A stretch of DNA of 58,885 nucleotides, filler included. It is 6 parts of 6 records of this genome, joined end to end, with 100 filler letters (N's around TTAATTAATTAA, not from the genome) between each part and the next. Parts side by side here need not be neighbours in the genome. Positions count along the whole stretch, not along the records: positions 26,425 to 35,158 come from SRR31147125_19961; positions 35,259 to 52,040 come from SRR31147125_20002; 4 more parts are not named here. The stretch is one strand, 5' to 3'. The position numbers and the translations under genes were made by a program. Below are positions 31,278 through 41,790 of the stretch, one piece after another; within the stretch, counting starts at the first letter, position 1, and each line of letters starts with the position of its first letter. A model generated the notes under the pieces. That model was not told the origin of the DNA and ran no database searches. It saw only the letters and a list, made by a program, of their open reading frames with translations.

Positions 31278-31849
31278 ATGATGACCAGTGCGAATTGTAA
31301 GACGAGAAAAGACTTTTTTCTATTCTTTACTCTAATAATTGTTTTACTGGGAAGCTGTCAAACAGGCCCGAAATACGCGAAAGGTACTTTGGAAATAACA
31401 TTTAATCTCAATGAAATAGAAGGTATAGAGCCATCCTATCAAACCGTTATCTGGCTGGAAGATGAAAAAAACCATTCTTTAAGATCGTTCCTTGTCAGTG
31501 AGTATTTATCTTATGGAGGTTACAACGATTCAACGATTTGTCCGAACTGGAGTAAACAAGCTGATTGGGATAATGTTGAGGATGCCATTTTTGATGCTGT
31601 TACAGCTGCCACTCCGCCTATTGGAGCAGATACATTAAGAATAGATTGTAAACAAGAACAACTTTTACAGGGGATTTATAACTATAATATTCAAGTGCAT
31701 ATTATGGAAAAGTATAATATCTTATACAAAGGCACAATTGATTTAAGCAAAAAAAGGCTGAGGATGTCGCACATGTAACACATCTGCCTGCCAAACATCC
31801 CAAAGCCAGCCACATAATTACTAATGTTAAGGCTCGTTATTATCACTAG
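31278..31849 (+). CDS. DUF2271-like lipoprotein; frameshift in the A-run near 31749-31755
   Basis: Lipobox LLGSC; PSYQTVIWLEDE....RS; P.W; DAVTAAT motif; one added A extends it to ...HPKASHIITNVKARYYH*. Confidence 0.72.
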
Positions 31850-31880
31850 AGTAAATATCTAATTGAAAGGAAACAGAAAA

Positions 31881-32870
31881 ATGAATTTGAACCAAAATAA
31901 TATTTCCAGGAGACAGTTTTTACAACGATCTGCTGCAGGTGTTGCTGTTGTTTCGTCTGCGGGCGTCATTTCGTCCTGCTCTAAGAAAAATGAAAATGGT
32001 TCAAATAATCTGACTATGCCAATGAGACCATTAGGCAATACCGGATTGAACGTTTCCATTTTATCCTTTGGAGGCGGTTCTCAATTTCTGAAAAATAAAA
32101 ATGGAGATTGGGAACCTATTCTGGAACGGGCTATTCAAGCTGGAATAAATTATTTTGATACGGCTTCTTCCTATAAATGGAAAGCTGACATGAGCAGTGA
32201 AGAGCGATTTGGTGTATTTTTCCCACAATACAGAGATAAAGTCATAATATCGACAAAATTTGACGCGCGCAAACCTGATGATGCCATGAAGGAATTTGAA
32301 GCCAGCCTCAAAGCTATGAAAACCGATTATGTTGATATTCTCATGATACACAGTATCGAACCCTCTGAAGATCTGGTGGCATTTGAAAAAGGTATCTACA
32401 AACAAATGCTCAAGGTTAAAGAACAAGGTATGGCCAAATTTATCGGTTTTTCCAGTATGAATAGTTCGCAAAAATCAAAAGAGTTGCTGGAAAAGGTTGA
32501 TGTGGATGCCTGCATTTTGGCTATGAATCCCACACAATATGGTGATTTCACAAAGATTGCTTTGCCAGCCGCGCAACAAAAAAATGTAGGTGTGATTGCT
32601 ATGAAAGCTATGCGCAATATCGTTGGAAAGGATGCAACGCCAAAAGAGCTATTAGAGTATGTATGGAATCAACAAGGTGTTGCTTCAGCTGTTGTCGGCC
32701 ATTATAAAATAGAGACTCTGGAGGAGAATATACGTCTTGCGTTGGAATTTGGCCAGGGAGAAAATACAGTTGTCGATAAAGAGGAATTGGAGACAAGGCT
32801 GGCACATCTTGCCGGACCACATGCCTTATGCTGGGCACGGTCGGACTATTATGATGGTATGATGTGCTAA
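31881..32870 (+). CDS. Aldo/keto reductase with Tat (lipo)signal
   Basis: SRRQFLQ...ISSC; RPLGNTG.NVS, GINYFDTASSY, ISTK, DYVDILMIH, IGFS, VIAMK. Confidence 0.9.
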   Translation: MNLNQNNISRRQFLQRSAAGVAVVSSAGVISSCSKKNENGSNNLTMPMRPLGNTGLNVSILSFGGGSQFLKNKNGDWEPILERAIQAGINYFDTASSYKWKADMSSEERFGVFFPQYRDKVIISTKFDARKPDDAMKEFEASLKAMKTDYVDILMIHSIEPSEDLVAFEKGIYKQMLKVKEQGMAKFIGFSSMNSSQKSKELLEKVDVDACILAMNPTQYGDFTKIALPAAQQKNVGVIAMKAMRNIVGKDATPKELLEYVWNQQGVASAVVGHYKIETLEENIRLALEFGQGENTVVDKEELETRLAHLAGPHALCWARSDYYDGMMC

Positions 32871-33105
32871 TGTCCCAAATGAGTGCTTTGTTTTCATGCT
32901 GCATATGTGGTGGTTTTAGTGTTCCGAAAAGGGATGTAAAATCGATTATTTTTATCAATTGTAAATTTGTATCTGTCCTAAGAATTCTCTAAATCTTTGC
33001 AAATTCAATTGTTGCTGCTCCAATCTACCCACGTTGTCAGTTAGAGTCTACTGCGATTTAACCTTGTTTTGACCTGTTTTCAAAGTTGAGTTTACATGAA
33101 TTATA

Positions 33106-33145
33106 GCAATGACTGTTCTTAAGTGAATCCAGGAACAGTCATTGT
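33106..33145. terminator. Intergenic hairpin, terminator-like
   Basis: GCAATGACTGTTCTT-10 nt-AGGAACAGTCATTGT. Confidence 0.55.
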
Positions 33146-33193
33146 ATATATATTCAAAACTTTAAAGTTAAGAATAAAGTGTCACTGCCTTAC

Positions 33194-33222
33194 TTGACAA
33201 CCTTGAGAAATATGCGTATATA
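33194..33222 (+). promoter_or_regulatory. sigma70 promoter of the TonB-dependent receptor gene
   Basis: TTGACA-17 nt-TATATA. Confidence 0.6.
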
Positions 33223-33272
33223 CAGGGTTGGAAATAATAAAATGAGTTACATTTTAAAACGTGGAGAATTAA

Positions 33273-35158
33273 ATGCTGTTTGGTGTGGCTGCTTTTGAAA
33301 AGGTATATTCTTTTCAGTTGTCCTACAGGATTTATTTATATGTTTTTATTGCTTTTTTATCAATTGTGAATATTGTTGCTGCTGGGGCGAAAGAAACAAC
33401 TAAAAATATCGGCTGCATCCGTGGACAAATATTAGATGAAGCGACCCAGAGCCCATTACCTGCTGTAAATATCGTGATTGAAGGCACACAATTGGGAACC
33501 GCAGCAGATGCAGATGGAAAATATCTTTTAGATAAAATTCCTTCCGGAATATACAAAATAAAATTTATGATGATGGGCTATGAAACTCGTATTATCAATA
33601 ATGTTGTGGTAAATCCCGGACTAACAACTTGGCAAAAAGTTGAAATGAATTCCACAATCCTTGAAGCAGATAGTATTATTGTTACCGCTGGTTACTTTCA
33701 TGAGGCCAGAGACGCCATCGTTAGTAACAGGAGCGTTGATTTTGAAGAAATTCGCAGTGATCCCGGAAGTTTGATGGATATACAACGGGTGGTTCAGGCA
33801 TTACCTGCTGTTGTCTCTGGAGCTGATCAGGATAACGAAATCATTGTCAGAGGTGGCATGCCGGGTGAGAACCTATTTTTGATGGATGATATAGAAATCC
33901 CAAATCCAAATCATTTTGGTTACCAGGGAAGCGGGGGTGGCCCGATTAATATGATCAATACCAATTTTGTTCGTCGGGTTGATTTTTATGCAGGCGCCTT
34001 TCCGGCACGATATGGTGATAAAGCATCGTCAGTTATGGATATTTCGCTGCGGGAAGGTAATCGTGACAGAAGAACGGGTAAAGCATACCTGGGAATGTCT
34101 GGTGCAGGACTGTCCTATGAAGGGCCATTTGCAGATCGTCGAGGATCTTTTATGTTCAGCGCGCAAAAAGTTTTCTCGATCTCATTATTTCGTCCACAGG
34201 TCTCACCGCTGTTCCTCACTACTATAGCTTACAAGGTAAGGGTGTTTACGATTTGAATGAAAATAATCAGTTATTAGTGAACGCCATATTTGGGGATGAT
34301 GAAATAACCATAGAAGATGAGGAGTCAGGATATAGCCGGGGTGCTGAAAATGTTCGTTCTCAGAGCCATCAATATGCCTTTGGGGCTACATTAAAATCAC
34401 TCTATGGTCAGAAAGGATTTTCGAAATTGACCGTGTCGCAAACCTTAAATCATTGGGATCAATACGTTTATGATGAGTTTGACAATCCCTATTATACCAA
34501 TCTATCAACCGAAATAGAACGTACTGTAAAATATGATGCGACTTATATCCCCGCCCGAAAAATTGAAATCAATTTGGGAGGTTTTTTTAAAAATATTGAT
34601 TATGACATAAAAGAATGGGCTGAACCGGATACAATTTATAGATATGATATTGCGGAAGAACCACCAAAAATAACAAGTGTTTACAAAATATTTGATATTT
34701 ATCAAAATGAAAATGATGATGATTCATGGAAAGCGAATCTGTTCAGTCAGTTAAAGTTGCAACCCCACTCAAAGCTGACGATAACAGCAGGTGTGAGATA
34801 TGATTATTTAAGGTATACAAAAAACAGCGCTGTGGATCCACGAATTGGATTTTCATATGATCTTTTTAATGGTACAAAGATTAATCTTGCGTTTGGCCAG
34901 CATTCACAATCTCCTAATTATATCAATTTAACCTCGCATCCTGAAAATAAAAATCTGCAATATAAAAGAACAAAACAGGTTGTTTTCGGCCTGGAAAAAC
35001 TATTTACGGAAAACATTCGGGGGACAATGGAAGTATTTTACAAAGATTACTCCAAAGTGCCCACATCTGTGTCAAGCCTTACACCAGATCCTTTTGATGC
35101 TTCTTATGGTCACCTGCTCAGCCTGGGCAAAGGATACGCAAAAGGTTTTGAACTTTTT
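33273..35158 (+). CDS. TonB-dependent receptor with a carboxypeptidase-regulatory-like N-domain (3'-truncated; frameshift near 34165-34169)
   Basis: IRGQILD..T..PLP.VNI; plug IIVRGG...ENL...DDIEIPNPNH; AGAFPARYG; barrel strands AGVRYD, DPRIG; one added A restores AQKSFLDLI. Confidence 0.9.
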
Positions 35159-35258
35159 NNNNNNNNNNNNNNNNNNNNNNNNNNNNNNNNNNNNNNNNNN
35201 NNTTAATTAATTAANNNNNNNNNNNNNNNNNNNNNNNNNNNNNNNNNNNNNNNNNNNN
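35159..35258. other. Artificial contig spacer
   Basis: N44-TTAATTAATTAA-N44. Confidence 0.99.
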
Positions 35259-35324
35259 AAAAATATTGAATCAGGCTTTGGTTGATAATGGAATAGTTTA
35301 TCAACCATGTTTTAGGAGGAAATT

Positions 35325-36185
35325 ATGTATTCGAATAGTTTAAAATTAAGAACATTTAACTGTGGCTGTGCCCATGAAATAGTTCTTCCAAATGGGAAAG
35401 TAGTTATTATTGATCCATTCTTTGAAGGACCTCATATGGAGGGACACTCAATTGATGAGATTACAGGAGCGGATTATATATTAATAACCCATGCACATTT
35501 CGATCATGATTTAAATTTAGGTGATTTAGTTAGAAAATTTAATTCGAAAGTATTTGTTGGCGCAATGTCAGCAGTACCTTTGATCAAGTATCATAAAATA
35601 CCATATGACAACGTTTTTCCTATGTATCCGAATCAGAGAATAGAAACAGATGATTTCTCCCTATTAGCGATACAGGGGAAGCATAATCCAACAGGTGGAA
35701 GACTTTACTCAGATGACCTAGATATCTGCATGGATGCTGTTGGAGTTAGTGGACATAAAATATGTGATGATATTGGAAATATTGAATCAACAGATTACAT
35801 GTTAACGACAAATAATAGTTTCAAATTATTGACTGTTTCAGGACAAACGATATCAAACGATTATTTTGACTGGTGTAAAAAACAAGCACCAAACCTTGTT
35901 CTTCGTCAAGCGGGAGTGAGAACAGGTGGAGGAGATCTTTTTGCCGGAGGACAGGTTTCAGCAGAAGAGTTAGCGAAGGTGATGGTTAAATATCACGGTC
36001 AGATTATTATGCCATTTCACATGGATGTTATATTTAGGCGTTGGGGAGCAGAAAAAACTGAGGAATATTTTGCAGAGGTTGCGAAATATGTTAGAGAATT
36101 CAATCCTGGGGCAATGTTCATTTTCCCAAAAGCTTGGAAATGGTATGAAATAGGAATGACAGTAGAAATTAAGATGGAGAGATAA
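35325..36185 (+). CDS. Metallo-beta-lactamase-fold hydrolase (UlaG-like)
   Basis: IIDPF, THAHFDH (HxHxDH), MPFH. Confidence 0.85.
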   Translation: MYSNSLKLRTFNCGCAHEIVLPNGKVVIIDPFFEGPHMEGHSIDEITGADYILITHAHFDHDLNLGDLVRKFNSKVFVGAMSAVPLIKYHKIPYDNVFPMYPNQRIETDDFSLLAIQGKHNPTGGRLYSDDLDICMDAVGVSGHKICDDIGNIESTDYMLTTNNSFKLLTVSGQTISNDYFDWCKKQAPNLVLRQAGVRTGGGDLFAGGQVSAEELAKVMVKYHGQIIMPFHMDVIFRRWGAEKTEEYFAEVAKYVREFNPGAMFIFPKAWKWYEIGMTVEIKMER

Positions 36186-36202
36186 CTATATATTATCAAA
36201 GT

Positions 36203-36248
36203 GAGCTTTGCATAATCTATAGCTGAAAAGATGAACATGCAAAGTGCT
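36203..36248. repeat. Short intergenic inverted-repeat element (TTTGCATAA family), copy 1
   Basis: GAGCTTTGCATAA...ATGCAAAGT; related copies at 41701 and 53321. Confidence 0.55.
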
Positions 36249-36273
36249 TTATTATTCAAATTAGGGGGCTTTT

Positions 36274-37542
36274 ATGGATCCATTAATGATTACGCTAATA
36301 GTATTATTATTAACAATAATTGCATTTTTATCAGGTAAAGTACCATTTTCATTAATTTCAACATCTATTATTTTTATATTTATTATAACAGGTGTTCTTA
36401 CACCAAAAGATGCATTGTCAGGGTTTACAAATAAAAATGTGGTTATGTTTACAGCGATGTTTGTAATAGGTGCCGGACTAACTAAAACCAGCGTTTTACA
36501 TAGAGTTCAAAATCTGGTTATCAGCTATAAAGATAAACCAAAGATGCTAATATTAATAGCAAGTTTTGCAGCAGGACTTTTAGCAATACTAACAAGTTCA
36601 ACAGCAGCAGCAGCTATCATGCTTCCGCTACTTGTAGGGATTGCCAATGAGATCGATATAAGTAGAAGCAAACTTTTATTCCCAGCAATGGTTGTAGCAA
36701 ATATTGCTACAGGAATGACTTTCTTAGGCCAAGGAGCTAGTAATATGGCATTTAGTGAGATTATGATGAAAGCTGGTGGAACAACACCATTTACAATATG
36801 GTCATTTACTTTAGCAAGATTACCATTTTTTATACTTTCGTTATTATATGTATCATTTATTTGCTGGAGATTATTACCAGATATACCAAATCATGAATTT
36901 CACGATAACTTTAACCAAAAAGAGCATAAAACTCTAAGTGGAAATAAAGAAATTGTTGCAATTGTAATAATAGTTGTAACAATACTAGCTATTTTCTTTT
37001 CAAAGAGAATTGGTCAACCAATGTTTGTAATCTCAACATTAGGAGCATGTGCTTTAGTTGCAGCAGGAACCCTTACAGAGAAAGAAGCACTGGGTGCGAT
37101 TCATATGCCGACTATTTTTCTATTTGCAGGAGTGTTAACTTTATCAAATGCAGTTAAAGTTACTGGAGCTGGTGGAGTAGTTGCAGATATTATGATAAAA
37201 ATGTTAGGAAATACAACTAATCCGTATTTAATAATGGCTGTATTTTTCATAGTTCCATTTATATTGACACAAATTATGTCAAATATTGCAACTATCATGA
37301 TATTTATTCCTCTGGTATCAGCAGCAGGAGCGAAGATAGGAATAGACCCAAGAGCGTTAGTTATGGGAGTTTTAATAGCAGGATGTACATCTATTTTGAC
37401 ACCAATGGCTTCACCAGCTCAAACAATTATCATGGGACCTGGTGGATATAAGTTAAAAGATTATTTGAAAGCAGGGCTACCTTTATCTATACTAGTAACC
37501 GTAATGGCTATATTTCTATTACCGATGATGTTTCCATTTTAA
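36274..37542 (+). CDS. SLC13/DASS-CitM family permease
   Basis: About 11-12 TM segments; MFVIGAGL.KT, TQIMSN.AT, TPMASP...IMGPGGYK..DYLKAG. Confidence 0.88.
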   Translation: MDPLMITLIVLLLTIIAFLSGKVPFSLISTSIIFIFIITGVLTPKDALSGFTNKNVVMFTAMFVIGAGLTKTSVLHRVQNLVISYKDKPKMLILIASFAAGLLAILTSSTAAAAIMLPLLVGIANEIDISRSKLLFPAMVVANIATGMTFLGQGASNMAFSEIMMKAGGTTPFTIWSFTLARLPFFILSLLYVSFICWRLLPDIPNHEFHDNFNQKEHKTLSGNKEIVAIVIIVVTILAIFFSKRIGQPMFVISTLGACALVAAGTLTEKEALGAIHMPTIFLFAGVLTLSNAVKVTGAGGVVADIMIKMLGNTTNPYLIMAVFFIVPFILTQIMSNIATIMIFIPLVSAAGAKIGIDPRALVMGVLIAGCTSILTPMASPAQTIIMGPGGYKLKDYLKAGLPLSILVTVMAIFLLPMMFPF

Positions 37543-37545
37543 AGC

Positions 37546-37582
37546 AAAACCCCTTCTGGCATAAGAGGTCAGAAGGGGTTTT
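37546..37582. terminator. Bidirectional intrinsic terminator
   Basis: AAAACCCCTTCTGGC-ataagag-GTCAGAAGGGGTTTT between convergent genes. Confidence 0.85.
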
Positions 37583-37598
37583 ATTAATTTTTATGCTA

Positions 37599-38855
37599 TT
37601 ATTTTTTATGCTTTTTTCCTTTAAATTTAGGTTTCTTTTTATCTTGCATAACCTTATCTTTTTTATGAAACTTAACAGGTTTTGTACTAATTTTTTTATT
37701 ATACTTGGCTTTTGGAAGGTGAGTTTCCGCTTGCACATCATCTATGTGATTTATCTCAAGTCTAGGGATCTTTACCTCAATAGCTCTCTCTATATCTCTT
37801 AATAGAGGCATATCTTTTGGAGCAACAAATAAGAAAGTTTTACCCTTTTCACCAGCTCTACCAGTTCTTCCTATTCTATGAATATATGATTCTGCACTTT
37901 CTGGGATGTCATAATTGAACACGTGCGTTACTCCACTAATATCAAGCCCTCTTGAAGCAACATCAGTTGCAATTAGGAATTGAATTTCTGCATTTTTAAA
38001 TGATTTCATTATCTTCTCACGCTTAGACTGCGGGATATCACTATGAAGTTTTTGACAGTTGAAACCTTTGATGTGTAGAGCTTCTTCTAAAGTGTCAACA
38101 CGCCTTTTGGTTCTACAAAAGATAATTGCCATAAATGGATTCTCTTGGTTCAACATTTGACACAGTGCGTCCTGCTTTTTTCTATCTGTAGTTTCTATTA
38201 GTGATTGATCTATATTTTCTAGGATTATCTCTTCTTTTTCAATAGAAATATTTTGTGGATCCTTAGTTATTCTATATGCTAATTTTTTGACTTGAGTACT
38301 TATTGTTGCCGAGAAGCATAAAGTTTGCCTTTTGTTGTTTGCGGTTGCAACTATCTTGTCAATTTCATTTCGAAATCCCATTAATAACATTTGATCAGCT
38401 TCATCAATTACTAGTGTTTTTAGGTTATTTAGCTTGATAGTCTTTCTTGTGATATGGTCAATTAATCGCCCAGGTGTAGCTATGATTAGATCAATTTTTT
38501 TATTCAGCTTATTTAATTGTTTCTGAATATCAGTTCCACCATATGCTGATAGAATATTAAATTTTCCCTCACTGTTTAATTTTTCAGCTTCTTCGGTGAT
38601 TTGGATAGCTAACTCACGCGTTGGAGTTAGGATAAGTGTTTGAACATCACTGCTGCCAGCTTTCATAGTATCAAATATTGGTATAAGGAAAGCAAGTGTT
38701 TTACCAGTTCCTGTATCAGCCTCTGCTATGATATCAATTCCCTCGTTTATTAGCAAAATTGCTTCATTTTGAATAGGAGTAGGTGTCTTGATTCCTCTAG
38801 AGTTTAGATTTTTTACTAGAGATTCACTAACCCCTAAGTCTTTAAAATTAGTCAT
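37599..38855 (-). CDS. DEAD-box RNA helicase
   Basis: Q motif PTPIQ, TGTGKT, PTRELA, TPGRL, DEAD, SAT, SRGLD, HRIGRTGR; Lys-rich tail. Confidence 0.96.
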   Translation of the reverse strand: MTNFKDLGVSESLVKNLNSRGIKTPTPIQNEAILLINEGIDIIAEADTGTGKTLAFLIPIFDTMKAGSSDVQTLILTPTRELAIQITEEAEKLNSEGKFNILSAYGGTDIQKQLNKLNKKIDLIIATPGRLIDHITRKTIKLNNLKTLVIDEADQMLLMGFRNEIDKIVATANNKRQTLCFSATISTQVKKLAYRITKDPQNISIEKEEIILENIDQSLIETTDRKKQDALCQMLNQENPFMAIIFCRTKRRVDTLEEALHIKGFNCQKLHSDIPQSKREKIMKSFKNAEIQFLIATDVASRGLDISGVTHVFNYDIPESAESYIHRIGRTGRAGEKGKTFLFVAPKDMPLLRDIERAIEVKIPRLEINHIDDVQAETHLPKAKYNKKISTKPVKFHKKDKVMQDKKKPKFKGKKHKK

Positions 38856-38976
38856 TTATTTATCAGCTCTTTTCTATTATATTTAAATTATTAATCTGAA
38901 TATTATAACACATAATACATTAATCGCTTAGAAAAGAATTAAATAGAAAATTCCCTAAGCTCTTTACCTACTGCAA

Positions 38977-39005
38977 TTGACAGTTTTTTTTATATTATGT
39001 ATAAT
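38977..39005 (+). promoter_or_regulatory. Consensus sigma70 promoter of the LacI gene
   Basis: TTGACA-17 nt-TATAAT. Confidence 0.8.
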
Positions 39006-39043
39006 TAAATAAGGAAAATGGAGAATTTTTGGAGGCAATAAGT

Positions 39044-40041
39044 ATGATAACAATGAAAAAAGTAGCCGATCATGCTAATGTATCACGGATTACTGTATCA
39101 AGAGTTTTATCTGGACATCCGTCAGTTAGCGATGAAACTAGAGAAAAAGTATTATATTGGGTAAAAAAGCTTGATTATAAGCCTAATGTAGTGGCTCAGA
39201 GTTTAGCTAGAAATAAAACTAATACACTTGGAATTATGATTCCTAGTATTAAAAATTTATTTTATGCGGAACTAATAGAAGCGATAGAAGAACAAGCAAT
39301 AAAAAAAGGCTACAGCATCATCTTAAACTGTAGTAGGAGAGATGAAGATAAGGAAAAAGAGATTGTAAACAGCTTTATCAGTAGAAAAGTTGACGGAATA
39401 ATCTCTATACCAGCAGGAAAAGAGATAGAGGGGTATTTTCCAGAGCTTAACATACCGCTTGTTACGATAGGAAAAAAAGGTTAAACCATAGTTGTATTTT
39501 TTCTTCATTTGAAAAAGTATGTGATGATATCGTAGAACATTTAGTTGATATGGGGCACTCAAAAATTGGATATGTAGGACCAACCCGTGATAAAAAGGAG
39601 ATTAGCTTAGGTAAATATACTTCATTTATAAAAGGACTAGAGCTAAGAGGTTTAGAGTTAAGTGATATGATTGAATCAACAATAGATTATGATACAGGGA
39701 AAGATAACGCTTATGAGCAGATAATCGAGTATGTGTCTAAAACAAGCTTGAAATCAACAGCTCTTTTTGTTCATAACGATGTTGCTGCTTGTGGAACTCT
39801 AAATGCACTACTTGATTTAGGCTATGAAGTTCCTAAGGATATAGCTCTTGTGAGCTTTGATAATACAGTACTGTCGACATTAACTAGACCTAAAATAAGC
39901 TCTGTTGCCCAGCCCATTCGGGAAATAGGAGTTACAGCAATTAATCAACTATTAAAAGAGATCGATCAAGTTGGTAAAGAAAAGATAGATATTGAACTTC
40001 ACAACGACTTAGTTATTAGAGAATCAAGTATGTCAAAATAG
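39044..40041 (+). CDS. LacI-family regulator; split by a frameshift near 39472-39478
   Basis: TMKKVA..ANVS..TVSRVL HTH, YKPN..AQSL; one added A restores GKKRLNHS...HLVDMGH; ND..A, FDN, LVIRES. Confidence 0.9.
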
Positions 40042-40125
40042 ACGGGTTTAGATAGTAGATCATGAGATAGGCTTTGTAAAGTTGATTATTTTGCTTAAGA
40101 AGCAAAAAAAGTAAAAATTAGACCA

Positions 40126-40154
40126 TTGACAAAATCAAGTGTTTTATATATAAT
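40126..40154 (+). promoter_or_regulatory. Consensus sigma70 promoter of the PTS operon
   Basis: TTGACA-17 nt-TATAAT. Confidence 0.85.
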
Positions 40155-40166
40155 CATAGTGTATCA

Positions 40167-40180
40167 TGTACACGCGAACA
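40167..40180. promoter_or_regulatory. LacI-type operator O1
   Basis: TGTACACGCGAACA, CG-centred pseudo-palindrome just downstream of the -10 element. Confidence 0.8.
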
Positions 40181-40231
40181 AAAGCCTAAAAAAGAAAGAA
40201 GATATCACTTTAATATTTTTTTTCTATTAAA

Positions 40232-40245
40232 TGTACACGCGAACA
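40232..40245. promoter_or_regulatory. LacI-type operator O2
   Basis: Identical TGTACACGCGAACA, 65 bp after O1. Confidence 0.8.
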
Positions 40246-40299
40246 TAGGATGTTATAGATTATTATCAAGACTAAAACTAAGGAAAATGGAGGAGAAGA

Positions 40300-41688
40300 A
40301 TGGACGTTAGAAAAACAGCTGAACTGATATTAGAGCATATCGGTGGAAAAGAAAATATTGCAAATGTAACTCATTGTGCAACGAGATTAAGAATTAATCC
40401 GGTTGATTTTGACAAAATTAATGTTGAAGCAATCGAAGGTATGGATGGAATTATCAGCGTTATTAATAAAGGAAATCAATTCCAAGTTGTTATCGGTGGA
40501 AAGGTTTCGAAAGTTTATAAAGAGATAGTTGAAATAGGAAAATTTGATAACAAAACCTCTAAGGCTAAATCAGTTAAAGAAGAGGAAGATGAAAACAAAT
40601 CAGTTTGGGCGAAAATATTAGATACAATTAGTGGATCATTTGCACCAATTATTCCGCCAATTATCGCAGCAGGTATGGGTAAAGCTGTACTTTCAATATT
40701 ATTATTACTAAAATGGGTTTCACCTGAAAGCCAAACATATGCAATATTAAATGTTATTACTGATGGAGTATTCTACTTCTTACCAATCTTCTTAGCTTAT
40801 TCAGCGGCGATTAAGTTTAAATGTAATCCATTTATGGCGATGTCATTTGCGGCAATATTGGTTCATCCAACTATTACAGATATGTTCTGGGCACACGAAC
40901 CTGTTACATTCTTTGGAATTCCAATGGTTTTAGCTAACTATACCAGTTCGGTAATTCCAATCTTATTAACAGTTTGGTTTATGTCACATGTATATAGATT
41001 TACAGAAAAAATATCACCAACTATATTTTCATTTTTCTTACCTCCAATGTTAACTCTAATGATTGTTGCACCAATTTCATTATTAGTAATTGGACCATTA
41101 GGAATAATAGCAGGTAACTACTTAATGGTAGTAATTCAGTTCTTAAGTAAAAACTTAGGATGGTTCCTTCCAGTATTAATAGGTGCTTTCCAACCATTTA
41201 TCGTTATGACAGGAATGCACTATAGTATATTCCCGCTTGTATTTATAGCACTTGGGCAAGTTGGTTATGATACAGCACTTCTTCCAGCATTCTTAGTATC
41301 AAACTTAGCTCAAGGAGCAGCAACACTTGCAGTAGCAATGAGAACAAAAGATAAAAACATGAAACAGATTGCTATCACAGCAGGAACAACGGCACTATGT
41401 GGAATAACTGAACCATCATTATACGGAGTTAATATGAAATTAAAAAGACCTCTATATGCTTCATTAATCGGAGGAGGATTTGGCGGATTATATGCAGGAA
41501 TTACAGGAGTTAAGTGTTTCGCATTTGGTTCAATGGGTCTTACAGGATTACCATTATTCGTAGGAAATGAAGGTACTGGAAATATTACTAACACAATTAT
41601 AGCCAGTGCAATAGGAATGACTGTAAGTTTTGGAATTACATATGTTTGGGGAATAAAAGAAGACAAGAAGAGCTTAAAAACAGCATAG
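40300..41688 (+). CDS. PTS EIIBC component, sucrose/beta-glucoside family
   Basis: THCATRLR (EIIB Cys), QVVIG, FYFLP, TGMH, GITEP; no EIIA domain. Confidence 0.93.
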   Translation: MDVRKTAELILEHIGGKENIANVTHCATRLRINPVDFDKINVEAIEGMDGIISVINKGNQFQVVIGGKVSKVYKEIVEIGKFDNKTSKAKSVKEEEDENKSVWAKILDTISGSFAPIIPPIIAAGMGKAVLSILLLLKWVSPESQTYAILNVITDGVFYFLPIFLAYSAAIKFKCNPFMAMSFAAILVHPTITDMFWAHEPVTFFGIPMVLANYTSSVIPILLTVWFMSHVYRFTEKISPTIFSFFLPPMLTLMIVAPISLLVIGPLGIIAGNYLMVVIQFLSKNLGWFLPVLIGAFQPFIVMTGMHYSIFPLVFIALGQVGYDTALLPAFLVSNLAQGAATLAVAMRTKDKNMKQIAITAGTTALCGITEPSLYGVNMKLKRPLYASLIGGGFGGLYAGITGVKCFAFGSMGLTGLPLFVGNEGTGNITNTIIASAIGMTVSFGITYVWGIKEDKKSLKTA

Positions 41689-41700
41689 ATTATTATATAG

Positions 41701-41750
41701 GAGCTTTGCATAACTGAATTATTAGAAAAATATGACGTTTTGCGAAGCTC
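41701..41750. repeat. Short intergenic inverted-repeat element (TTTGCATAA family), copy 2
   Basis: GAGCTTTGCATAA...TGCGAAGCTC. Confidence 0.55.
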
Positions 41751-41790
41751 TTTATCTTGACATAGTAAAGAAAATTATAGGAGGATAAAA

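Noticed and set aside
32871-33272. Cobalamin or TPP riboswitch upstream of the TonB receptor
   Set aside because: No B12-box or TPP core motif seen, and the promoter lies only about 50 nt from the start codon
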